From an uncultured bacterium (GTDB lineage: Bacteria; Actinomycetota; Geothermincolia; Geothermincolales; Geothermincolaceae), in assembly GCA_963814495.1 (NCBI GenBank), contig CAWFDJ010000027.1, positions 32,691-96,690 of the forward strand: 64,000 nucleotides of DNA, in the 5' to 3' direction. A model generated the notes under the pieces. That model had not been told where the DNA came from. It was given only the letters and a program-made list of their open reading frames with translations, and ran no database searches. A program made the translations under genes and the position numbers. Positions within the stretch are counted from its first letter, which is position 1; the number at the start of each line of letters is the position of its first letter. Shown piece after piece: positions 52,819 through 62,946 of the stretch.

Positions 52819-54366
52819 TGGCGGGCGACAAGTACGACGTGATCATCATCGGCGCCGGGGTGGGCGGCCTGGTCTGCGGCAACTACCTGGCGCGCAGCGG
52901 CAAGAAGGTGCTCATCGTCGAGCACGGCAAGCACGTCGGCGGCAACATCTCGGGCATCCGCCGCAAGGGCTACTTCTTCGACGCCGGCTCCCAGTCCACC
53001 GAGAACGTGGGGATCCTCTTCCCCATCCTCGAGGACCTGGGGCTGCTCAACCCCTCCGAGTGGGACCAGGCCGACTGGCGCTGGATGACCCCCGACTGCG
53101 ACGTGGTGCTGCGCGACTTCCCGCAGATCCGGGCGGACTTCAAGAAGTCCTTCCCGGAGTCGGCCTCCGACATCGACGCCTGGTTCGACTTCATCGAGCC
53201 GGGGACCATGCTGATGAAGGAACTGATGAAGGAGCCCTTCCCGCTGCTGAAGCGGGGCGCCGAGAAGTACAAGCTGAACTTGAAGATGGGCAAGAGTGGG
53301 GCTGCCCCTGCTCAAGAACGCCCACGAGACCCTGCGCATGTCGGGCAGCGAGAAGGCGCGGGAGATCTTCAGCGACCCGCGCCTGGCCTTCCTCTTCGGG
53401 GAGTTCGGCAACGAGAACATGCTGCTCTTCATGTACTACGCCTTCTGGTACAGCTTCCTCTACGACTACACCTACCCCCGCGGCGGCCTGGTGGCCCTGG
53501 CGAAGATGCTGGGTGACAACTTCTTAAAGCTCGGCGGGGAGATCAAGACCTCCTGCACCATCGACAAGGTGCTGACGGCGGGGCAGTCCGCCAACGGCGT
53601 CGAGACCTCCGAGGGGGAGCAGTTCTTCGCCGACAAGATCGTCAACACCGGCAACACCAAGCGGCTGGTGACGGAGATGTGCGACCCCGCGCTCTTCCCT
53701 AAGAAGTTCACCGCGCGCAACAAGGGTGGAGAGGTGAGCATCTCGGTGGTCAACGCCTTCCTGGGCCTGGACATGGACGACGCCGAGCTCATGGAAAAGC
53801 ACAAGGTGCACCATGCCCTCTACTGGCGGACCTACGACGCCAAAGCCGACATCTACGACCCGGAGCTGCACCGCAAGAGCTGGGCCATGACCAGTTGGGT
53901 CTCCATGCACGACAAGAGCCTGGCGCCGGAGGGCAAGAACTCCCTCCTGGTGCAGATACCCATGCCCTACGACTGGATGAACGGCTGGGGCACCGGCTCC
54001 TCCGACCCCACCGTCCGCAACGAGGCCTACAAGGAGCTGAAGGCCAGGGTGCTGGACGACATCATCGAGGACCTGGAGCCCATGATCCCCGGCATCCGCG
54101 ACAAGGTGGAGTACAAGGACCTGGCGACGCCGCGCACCCTCTCCCGCTACACCATGAACCCGGAGGGCTCCATCATGGGCTGGTCCTACGACATGTACAA
54201 GACGCCGCTGTTCGGCCGCTTCGTCCAGTTCACCACGCCGGTGAAGAACCTCTACCTGGCCGGCCATTACTCCATCTGGCCGGGCGGCATCGTCTTTTCC
54301 GCCCTCACCGGCAAGCTGGTGGCGGAGGGCATGTACGAGGGCTTCGCCAAGACCCTCCTCTGGTAA
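52818..54366 (+). CDS. Second CrtI-family FAD oxidoreductase (frameshift ~53300)
   Basis: IIGAGVGG, GYFFDAG, YPRGG, ATPRTL.RY, GSIMGW, NLYLAGH. Confidence 0.82.
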
Positions 54367-54422
54367 CGTCATCAGGGGAGATCTCGTGTCAGTCCGGGTT
54401 TGCGCAACACGAGGAGTCTGAT

Positions 54423-55217
54423 ATGAGAAGCCTTGGAGAGTTTCGGAAGGTCACACCTCACGACCCGTTTATGTCCGGAGATAACCTGTCTTATTTTGTG
54501 GGAGGATATTTTCCAAAAGCGGATCTTATGAGGATCTTGCGCGGAGGGATGTCCATTCCTTCTGACGAGGTCATAGCCAGGGAATTCCCGACTGTAGCGC
54601 GGAGAAAGGGCATGATCCCGTTCTTGACCCTGTACAGCAGGTGCAGCAACGTCCGCGAGCATATCTTCGACGTCACTGTGCGTCCGTACCTGGAGATCAA
54701 CTTCTTCTTCCCGGTCACTTACACGCATAAGGGCGAGGAGCATCTATGCGCGTTCATGCCGCTGCTCTACCTCGATCGCCTTTTCCACTCGATTGCCGGA
54801 TGTTCTCTAGGCTTGCGCAAACAATTCCACCCCAACTTGAGATTCACTGAGACCGATACGTTGTGCGCTTTCAAACTCGAAAACATCCTCAGTGCGAGTT
54901 TTCCGGATGATTCGATGGAAGAGGCGGAAGGGATCGACCCGTTCTTCGCGCAGATATTCACCAAGCCGACCCTGACCTATTCCTATTTCCTTAAGACCGA
55001 CTTCTACACGACGCAAGTGTTTGATGTTAAAAGAGTGTACAAGGCTTCAGCTGACATCGAATGGAACTACAAGGGTACCGTGGTCAAGAGCGACGAGTAT
55101 ACCTTCTGCAACTTTGCCGAGTACAGCTTCACGGTTTCACGAGCCATGAGTTACGAAAAGTACTTTCACCCGAAATACCCTGTAGGCTGGAGCCGGATGG
55201 CCGGGCAGTGCGAATAG
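54423..55217 (+). CDS. Hypothetical protein, possibly acetoacetate-decarboxylase-like fold; AT-richer
   Basis: Open frame in the C-terminal part of ORF 53895..55217; PYLEINFFFPV..FMPLLYLD..AG..GLRK. Confidence 0.5.
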   Translation: MRSLGEFRKVTPHDPFMSGDNLSYFVGGYFPKADLMRILRGGMSIPSDEVIAREFPTVARRKGMIPFLTLYSRCSNVREHIFDVTVRPYLEINFFFPVTYTHKGEEHLCAFMPLLYLDRLFHSIAGCSLGLRKQFHPNLRFTETDTLCAFKLENILSASFPDDSMEEAEGIDPFFAQIFTKPTLTYSYFLKTDFYTTQVFDVKRVYKASADIEWNYKGTVVKSDEYTFCNFAEYSFTVSRAMSYEKYFHPKYPVGWSRMAGQCE

Positions 55218-55260
55218 TCGTTTGAACCGGGTTCGCCAAGACCCTCCTCTGGTAGATATT

Positions 55261-55346
55261 GTCATTGCGAGGAGCGGAGCGACGAAGCAATCTCTTTAGA
55301 TCGCTTCGCTTCGCTCGCGATGACAGCAGCTTCGCTCGCGATGACA
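55261..55346. repeat. REP/MITE-like GTCATTGCGAG...CTCGCGATGAC palindromic element with a duplicated 3' end
   Basis: gtcattgcgaggagcggagcgacgaagcaatctc...gatcgcttcgcttcgctcgcgatgaca, with cttcgctcgcgatgacagc present twice. Confidence 0.7.
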
Positions 55347-55432
55347 GCTGCTGTTGCGCGGTATAATATCCTTAAAGGCTTGGCCGCAAGGGCATCTGCG
55401 AACGTCCCTTCGACGTAAAGGAGGACCCGCGC

Positions 55433-57114
55433 ATGAGACTCTCCAGGAAGTTCAGGCCGGACTGGTCGGAACAGGCCCCCAAACCCGGGACCTACAGGTC
55501 CATCGCCAAGTACGGAGACCCCCATCACTTCAAGCACCCCAGCGACGCGTGGGTCCGGATGATGCAGGAGGAGTTCGGCATGAGCGACGCCGACTTCTCG
55601 GTCAAGCAGCACGAGGGGCACGAGACCGTCACCCTCGGCCGCCCGGTCGCCCTGAAGGATGGGCAGGTCGAGGCGCTCGAGGCCATGGTGGGCAAGGAGA
55701 ACGTGGCCTCAGACGACTTCAGCCGCGTCAGGTATTCCTCCGGCAAGACCACCGAGGAGATCTGGGAGCTGCGCCGGGGCATCGTCCGCGAGGTGTGCGA
55801 CGTGGTGGTCCACCCGCGCGACAAGCACGACGTGCAGAAGATAGTGGAGTACTGCGACGCCGAGCGCATCCCGGTGACCGTCTTCTCCGGCGGGTCGTCC
55901 TGCAACTTCGGCTGCCGCCCCATGCGGGGAGGCGTCACCCTGGTGCTGAGCACGCACATGAACCAGCTGCTGGAGGTGAACGAGCTCGACCAGACCGCGC
56001 GGGTGCAGCCGGGCATGTTCGGGCCGGCCTACGAGGAGGCCCTCAACCGGCGCGGCTACACCTGCGGCCACTTCCCGCAGTCCTTCGAGTACTCCACGGT
56101 GGGCGGCTGGGTGGTGACCCTCGGTTCGGGCCAGGCCTCCACCTATTACGGCGACGCCTACGACATCGTCTTCAGCCAGGAATACGTCACCCCGGCCGGC
56201 ACCTTCAAGACCCTGGACTACCCGGCCACCGCCACCGGCCCCAAGGTCAACGACATCATGAAGGGCTCGGAGGGCACCTTCGGCATCCTGGTCGAGGTGA
56301 CCATGCGGGTCTTCCGGTACACGCCGGAGAACCGGCGGCGCTTCAGCTTCATGTTCCCCACCTGGGAGAAGGCGGTGGACGCCAGCCGCCAGATAATGCA
56401 GGGCGAGTTCGGCCTGCCCGCCATCTACCGCATCTCCGACCCGGAGGAGACCGACCGCGGCTTGAAGCTCTACGGCATGCCGTCCTTCCTGGAGCCGTTC
56501 CTCGCAGCGCCTGGGCTTCATGCCCATGCAGCGCTGCCTGTGCCTGGGCAACGTCGAAGGCGACAAGGACTACACCCGCCTGGTGGCGCGCAAGATACTG
56601 CGCATCGCCCTGGCCCACGGCGCCATGCCCCTGGGCGGTTACGCCGGCCCGCAAGTGGGAGCACACCCGCTACACCGAGCCGTACATGCGCGAGGACCTC
56701 AACGACTTCGGCATCATCACCGACACGCTGGAGACCAGCGTCACCTGGGACAGCCTGCACCGGGTGCACGAAGGAGTGCGCGCCTACGTCAAGAGCTTCC
56801 CCGGCGCCATCTGCATGACCCACGCCTCGCACTCCTATCCCCAGGGGACCAACCTCTATTTCATCTTCCTCCTGCGCATGGAGATGGATGAATACATAGA
56901 ATTCCAGGCCGGCGTGGTCGAAAAGATGCTCGAGTCCGGCGGCACCCCCAGCCACCATCATGGAATAGGCCGGCTGCTCGCGCCGTGGCTGGAGCCCCAC
57001 CTGGGGAAGGAACAGGTGGAGGTGCTCAAGGCGTTGAAGCGCCACTTCGACCCGCACGGCATCATGAACCCCGGCGGCCAGCTGGGGCTCGACGACATCC
57101 CCCCGCTGCGATGA
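55433..57114 (+). CDS. FAD-linked oxidase, alkyl-DHAP-synthase-like (frameshifts ~56510 and ~56650)
   Basis: GHFPQSFEYSTVGGW, GSGQASTYYG, GSEGTFG, DTLETS, THASHSY..GTNLYF, SHHHGIG, DPHGIMNPG. Confidence 0.85.
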
Positions 57115-58670
57115 AGGACCTGATAGTCGCCATCGATTCCGGGACCCAGAGCATCCGCGCGGTGCTCTTCGACAAGCACGGCACGCAGCTGGCCATCGAG
57201 CAGGCCGACTACGAGCCCTACTTCTCCCTGGAGCCCGGCTGGACCGAACAGCATACCGAGGACTACTGGGAGAAGCTCTGCCGGGTGTGCCGGGGCCTCA
57301 TGGACCAGATAGACATCGACCCCTCCCGCATCGCCGGCATCGGCATGACCAGCCAGCGCAACACGGTCATCCCCGTGGACCGGGAGGGCAACGCCCTGCG
57401 CCCGGCCATCGTCTGGCTGGACCAGCGCACCGTCGACGAAGTGCCGCCCCTGGCCGCGCCCCTGCAGCTCGTGGTCAAGCTGATCGGCCAGGAAGAACAG
57501 CTGCGCTACGCCCGCAAGCACTCCAAGTACCTGTGGATCAGGGAGCACGAGCCCGAGGTCTACAGCCGGACCCACAAGTTCGTGCAGGCCACGAGCTTCT
57601 TCGTCCACAAGCTCACCGGGGAGTTCCGCGACTCCTGCGCCATGATCTCCGGCATCTACCCCTTCGACTACAAGGCGCTGCGCTACTACGGCGCGCCCCT
57701 GGGCTTCATCTACGGCGCCCTGGGCGTCGAGAAGGGCCACTGCGTCGAGCTCTTCCCCCCGGATAAGCCCCTGGGCCGCATCACCGCGCAGGCGGCGCGG
57801 GAGACCGGCCTGCCGGAAGGCCTGCCGCTGGTGGTGGGGGGCGGCGACAAGCAGTGCGAGCTGCTCGGGGCCGGCGCCATCGACCCGTCCATCGCCGAGA
57901 TAAGCTTCGGGACGGGGACGGCCATGGAGGTCATCTCCTACAAGTACCTGAAGGACGCGAAGATGCGCTACTTCACCTGGCCGGCCGCGGTGCCGCGGGC
58001 CTGGGTGCTGGAGTCGTTCATCATGCGCGGCTTCTGGATGGTGACCTGGTTCAAGCAGGAGTTCGGCCACCGCGAGGCCATGGAAGCGGAGCGGCGCGGG
58101 GTGGCGCCGGAGGTGGTGCTGGACGAGGTCATCCGGGACATCCCCCCGGGCTGCCAGGGGCTGATGCTGCAGCCGTTCTGGACTCCCGCCGTGAGCAACA
58201 AGTACGGCAGGGGCGCCATCCTCGGCTTCGGCGACCACCACACCCGCGCCCACATCTACCGCGCCATCTTCGAGGGCATCTGCTTCGAGCTGCGCCGCCT
58301 GCAGGAGATCGTGCAGCGCAAGAACGGCGTCCCTTTGAAGAGTATCCGCGTGGGGGGCGGCGGCTCGCGCTCGGACGTGGTGGTGCAGATAGCCGCCGAC
58401 ATGTTCGACCTGCCCGTCTCGCGCATGGCCACCTCCGAGATCGCCGCCCTGGGCGCGGCCATCGACGCTGCCGTCGGCACCGGCATGTACGCAAGCTTTG
58501 ATGAGGCGGTGTCGGCCATGAGCCACGTGGGCCAGACCTTCCGGCCCGATCCAAGCAACCACCGCGTCTACACCCGGCTCTTCAACGAGGTGTACGTGGA
58601 GTCGTTCCGCGCCCTGGACCCGCTGTACAGGCGCATCGCCGAGATCACCGGGTACCCGGCGGAGGACTGA
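57111..58670 (+). CDS. FGGY-family carbohydrate kinase
   Basis: IDSGTQSIRA, WLDQR, GGGDKQ, SFGTG, RAIFEG, GGGSRS; ATGA overlap with the upstream gene. Confidence 0.9.
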   Translation: MKDLIVAIDSGTQSIRAVLFDKHGTQLAIEQADYEPYFSLEPGWTEQHTEDYWEKLCRVCRGLMDQIDIDPSRIAGIGMTSQRNTVIPVDREGNALRPAIVWLDQRTVDEVPPLAAPLQLVVKLIGQEEQLRYARKHSKYLWIREHEPEVYSRTHKFVQATSFFVHKLTGEFRDSCAMISGIYPFDYKALRYYGAPLGFIYGALGVEKGHCVELFPPDKPLGRITAQAARETGLPEGLPLVVGGGDKQCELLGAGAIDPSIAEISFGTGTAMEVISYKYLKDAKMRYFTWPAAVPRAWVLESFIMRGFWMVTWFKQEFGHREAMEAERRGVAPEVVLDEVIRDIPPGCQGLMLQPFWTPAVSNKYGRGAILGFGDHHTRAHIYRAIFEGICFELRRLQEIVQRKNGVPLKSIRVGGGGSRSDVVVQIAADMFDLPVSRMATSEIAALGAAIDAAVGTGMYASFDEAVSAMSHVGQTFRPDPSNHRVYTRLFNEVYVESFRALDPLYRRIAEITGYPAED

Positions 58671-58690
58671 CGGGCTTTTTCAAAGAGGAG

Positions 58691-58813
58691 ATGACGTCCA
58701 TGGACGGCTTTGACTGGTCGATGCTGGGAGGCTTCATCGACTACTGGGAGGAAGACGAGGAAGACGAGCAGCCGGCTCGCTCAGGCGAAGACGATGATGA
58801 AGAAGATGAATAG
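58691..58813 (+). CDS. 40-aa highly acidic microprotein
   Basis: GAGGAG RBS, then MTSMDGFDWSMLGGFIDYWEEDEEDEQPARSGEDDDEEDE*; not in the ORF track. Confidence 0.45.
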   Translation: MTSMDGFDWSMLGGFIDYWEEDEEDEQPARSGEDDDEEDE

Positions 58814-58817
58814 GGGC

Positions 58818-59378
58818 ATGGCGCCCGTGTACGGGAGCGAGGAGTGGGAGGCCGTCTACCAGGAGATCCTCCAGAGGAGGCTGCGGGAGCAGTCCCCGCC
58901 CTACGTCCAGGGCACACCGGAGTGGATGGACGCTTACGAGAAGTCGATCCAGGGCGATGCCGCCTACCGGGAAGCGGCCGCGGACTGGGAGGGCTCGCTG
59001 GTCTTCCACTTCCTGGCCTCCCCCGACGTGGGACTGGAGCGGGACTCTTACATGTACCTGGACCTGTGGCACGAGGAGTGCCGGGCCGTCAGGCCGGTGC
59101 CTGAGGAGGTGGGCGAGGCGGCCGACTTCATCCTCTCGGCCTCCTACTGGACCTGGAGAAAGGCCAACCTCGGCGAACTGGACACCAACAAGGGCATCCT
59201 GCAGGGGAAGATCAGGCTCAAGGGCGACCTCGGCAGCGTGGTGCGCCACAACCAGGCGGCGGCGCGGCTCGGCATACTCTCAGCGAAGGTGGGAGGGCGC
59301 TGGCTGGACGAGTTGGACCCCGGGGAACGGGAAGAGATCAGGCTGCTCAACCGGGAACTGAGAGACCGGCTGATGTAG
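58818..59378 (+). CDS. SCP2 lipid-binding domain protein with an N-terminal extension
   Basis: YVQGTPEWMDAY...WEG..YLDLWHEEC..ADFILSASY..W..GELD..LQGKIRLKGDL. Confidence 0.8.
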   Translation: MAPVYGSEEWEAVYQEILQRRLREQSPPYVQGTPEWMDAYEKSIQGDAAYREAAADWEGSLVFHFLASPDVGLERDSYMYLDLWHEECRAVRPVPEEVGEAADFILSASYWTWRKANLGELDTNKGILQGKIRLKGDLGSVVRHNQAAARLGILSAKVGGRWLDELDPGEREEIRLLNRELRDRLM

Positions 59379-59386
59379 CTTCCCGG

Positions 59387-60206
59387 TTAATCGAGCCCCG
59401 CCTCCTTGAGCAACGCGTCCCTGTCCGGTATCCCCTTGTAGTGATACGGGCTGCTGATCCGGGTGGTGATGCAGTCCTCGGGGCAGCAGTTGACACAGCG
59501 CCAGCATGCGGTACATTCCTTGCCGAAGACCGGGTAAGGGTCCAGCCGGATGGCGCCTGCCGCACAGTCCCTCGCGCAGATGCCGCACCTGGTGCAGTCC
59601 GACTCGATGACCTTCTTCTTCCCCATTGCCAGGTTCGCGCGGCCCTTGGTAAGCCGCTCAAACCTCGAAAGCAGGAACAGCGGGGTGGGACGCACGCGGT
59701 ACCGGGGCAGCTCGACCTGTTCTCCCGCAAGGAAGGCCGCTTGCGCTTCGAGCATCCTCCCGGTGAAGGCGGCGAGCGCGCGGACCGATGCCGCATCGGG
59801 TCTTTCCCCGTCGAGTTTATGGGTAGCGCGCCTGGAGACGGGCCAGGAGTCGGGGCACAACAGGTCGTGATGGCCGGTGACCGTGACGCCCTTCTTCTTC
59901 AGCCAGCCCGCCATCAGGGGAGCGGTCTGGCTCGGCTGCCCGCCCGAACTCGACAGCAGGAAGGCGGGCTTCTTCCCCAGGGACGGCATGGCCTTGATGA
60001 AACGCTCCACGTTCTTGGTGGGCTGCCAGGCCTGCAGGGGCGTGGCGAAGCAGTAAGCGTCGTAATCGCCCAGCGATATCTCGCCGGCCTTCGCGAACGT
60101 CCGCATGGTCACCTGCGTGCCCGCTCTTCTCCGCCACGGTCTTCGCCACCGTGCAGGCGAACTCGGTGTTTCCGGTCCCCGAGTAGTAGAGGATCAGCAG
60201 CTTCAT
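59387..60206 (-). CDS. EFR1-like flavodoxin-ferredoxin fusion (frameshift ~60115)
   Basis: YYSGTGNT; CTRCGICARDC and CTACWRCVNCCP. Confidence 0.85.
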
Positions 60207-60220
60207 AGGCTGCGGACCGG

Positions 60221-61612
60221 TCAGCCCTCTTCCCCTTCCTTCCCGGCGTCCTCCGCCTCCACCGCTTCCGCCGGCTCGGGCAGCTTGCCCCGCAGCAGCT
60301 CGCAGATGACCATGTATACCAGGAAGATGCACAGGACCACGACGACCTTCACTCCGGTCAAGGGACGGATCAGCCACAGTACCCCGAAGAAGAAGGCCGC
60401 GCCGAAGACGCGGATGCCCCAGATGTGGGCCGCGAAGAACAGGCCGACGGGGCCGGATTCCTTGCCGGCGAGGCGGCGGTCGCGCTCCAGCGAGAAGAGG
60501 TACTGCGTCTTGCGCCGCAACCAGACGGACCACGCGTAGGGGCCGGTGATGGCGAAGCCTGCCGCGCCGATGATCCCCACGAACAACAGGCCTATATTCG
60601 CCTTGATCAACTGGGCGGTGACCTGGTTCCAGATGAAGGTGACCGCCTCGAGGTTGGCCGGGTTCTTCACCTGCCCCAGGAACTCCCCCTTGGCCAGGTT
60701 GAGGACCATCAGCGAGATCGCCATGGCCACCGCCAGGGCCGCGCCGGAGATCATCAGGTACCTCCGGCGGTCTTCCGATATTAAGATGGCCGCCGCGAAG
60801 AGGAGCAGGGCGAGCAGCGGGAGCAGCCAGTTGAGAGTGTTGAGGATCTCGATACCGGTCTTGGCCATGCCCAGCTGGGAGGAGGTGAAGAGCTCTATGC
60901 TCTTGATACTCTGTGGGATGGGCACCTTTTCCAGGAAGGTGAGGCCGGCTTCCACCAGCCGGTCCTGAACGTCGTTCGCCAGTTCCCCGATGTCCAGCAC
61001 CACCTTCCCGCCGCTTTCTATGCTGACGGCCTTTTCTCCATTGATGATGCCGACCACGGTGGAATGGGCCATCTCGAGGATCTTGTTCCACACCGCCTGG
61101 AACTGGGAGCTGGTGAGGATCTCATAGGTTATCTTCTGGATGAGCGTCTGCAGCCCGGTCGAGATAGGGCCGGCGATGAAGTCGAGCTTACCGGCCAGCG
61201 AGTCGAGTTTATCGGGCAGCGCTTCCTGGAGCGCCCCGGTAACGCTATTGAGCGCTTCCTCGACGCGCCCCTGGATATCCAGACCGACGTAGAGGCGGTT
61301 GGCTATCTCGTCGCTCAACGCCTTAGCCACTACCTCTTCTTCGATGAGCGGGCCTACCGTGCTGACGAATTTGTCGGTGTCCATGAAAGTGGTCTTCGCC
61401 CACACCGCGATGGGCGATACGATGGCCGTGAGGCAGGCGAGCACGATGAGGATCCAGGCGATTATGCCACGCCAGGGGAAGTGCCTCTTCTTCTTGACAG
61501 CCTGCTTCGTCAACTTCTCCTCGAGCGCGGCCTTCTCGGCCCGCAAACGCTCGACCTCGGCCTGCAGCTCCTCCGTGCTGGGACCCTTCGCGTCCACCCC
61601 GTTCTCTGCCAT
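60221..61612 (-). CDS. Integral membrane protein of unknown function
   Basis: N-terminal coiled coil, one TM, a helical soluble domain, then about 6 TM segments. Confidence 0.7.
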   Translation of the reverse strand: MAENGVDAKGPSTEELQAEVERLRAEKAALEEKLTKQAVKKKRHFPWRGIIAWILIVLACLTAIVSPIAVWAKTTFMDTDKFVSTVGPLIEEEVVAKALSDEIANRLYVGLDIQGRVEEALNSVTGALQEALPDKLDSLAGKLDFIAGPISTGLQTLIQKITYEILTSSQFQAVWNKILEMAHSTVVGIINGEKAVSIESGGKVVLDIGELANDVQDRLVEAGLTFLEKVPIPQSIKSIELFTSSQLGMAKTGIEILNTLNWLLPLLALLLFAAAILISEDRRRYLMISGAALAVAMAISLMVLNLAKGEFLGQVKNPANLEAVTFIWNQVTAQLIKANIGLLFVGIIGAAGFAITGPYAWSVWLRRKTQYLFSLERDRRLAGKESGPVGLFFAAHIWGIRVFGAAFFFGVLWLIRPLTGVKVVVVLCIFLVYMVICELLRGKLPEPAEAVEAEDAGKEGEEG

Positions 61613-61906
61613 CTTGGGACCTCCCGATTCTCAACCAGACCATGAATTATTCTCGCGCAGCATGCACCGGACACGCCGTGTTAGTTATTCCCTTCCCCAA
61701 ATGGCCTGAAACACCTTCCCTTCGTCTCGCTCGCCAGGCGCCCGTGAAACCTGCATGACAGTATAATGTTATAGAATAGCTGGTGTGCCCGCTTGCCGCC
61801 GGCAACAGCGCAGTGGCGCGGCTTGCCATCAGGGCCTGGCTGGGGTTCGTTACCGAAGCGGTCTTTGGATGGGCGAGCGGTCCCGTTAAAAGGAAAGGTG
61901 AAGGAA

Positions 61907-62808
61907 ATGAAGTTGGTTGATGGGATGCTCAGATTCGCCGCGGCTTCTCAACTCTCATTCATGAGGCACAGGCCTTCTTTTATGAAGACCAGGAAAAACA
62001 TAGAGCGCAATGTGTCGGGCTGGCCGATCATACCCTCGGGCTGGCCGATGGTGCAATCCTGGAAACGCTCGGTGGCGATTCCTTCACTACGCGCGTACGA
62101 CGAACCTTTCTTCTCGGAGTCCGGCCTGCAGACTTCCTTTATCCCGGTGGGGGAAAACGTCGAAATCCCGCCGAACATAATCCCGCCGAGGGAAGTGATC
62201 GTGGATTTCCCTGAGCCGGGGCAAGTTACCTGGCCCTGGCCGAGGAATGCGTTTGCCGCGTAGGCGGCAAGTGCAGGAGTTTTCCCGCGGAGGTGGGGTC
62301 GATATTCATGGGAGAGGGCGCGCGCTGGACCTCGCACCCTTCCATGGGGCACCAGGTCTCCCTGGAGGAAGCCATGAAACATGTCGACCGTGCGCTGGAG
62401 ATAGGGCTGGTGCCGATGGTGGGTCACCTGATGGTCGACTCGATGCTCTTCGGCATGCCCAGGTTCAACCGTTTTCTCACCGTGTGCTTCTGCTGTGAGT
62501 GCTGCTGCAACTTCCTCTCGAACATCAGGGCCATCAGGCAAGTCTGGCCTGGTTCGATCATGCCCGTCGACGGGGTTAGCATCGAAGTAACGGATGCCTG
62601 CAACGGTTGTGGTACCTGCCAGCGGGTATGCCCCGTCGAGGATATATCGATCAGCGATGGCACCGCGGCCATAGGCGATCTCTGCATTCGTTGCGGTTGC
62701 TGCGCAAACGTCTGTCCCGAGAACGCCATCGAGCTACCGGCCTCACCCGGATCGAAGATCCTTGAAGAGCTGAGGCAGCGGGTCGAGTCCCACACGAGTA
62801 TTACTTAA
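61907..62808 (+). CDS. 4Fe-4S binding protein (frameshift ~62210)
   Basis: CVCR..C, CFCCECCC, CNGCGTCQRVCP, CIRCGCCANVCP. Confidence 0.75.
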
Positions 62809-62946
62809 ACGCCCGCAATGAATACAGGCCGGACGATATGCTGTCCAGCCTGCTCTTTCTTGTGGTGGGCATTAAGACCTTACACTTTTCTTACTGCCCT
62901 TATCGACTGGGAAGAACGGATAATCTTTAGTACTGAAGTTTAAGCT

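Noticed and set aside
50873-54366. Carotenoid biosynthesis cluster
   Set aside because: No phytoene synthase, GGPP synthase or cyclase in the neighbourhood.
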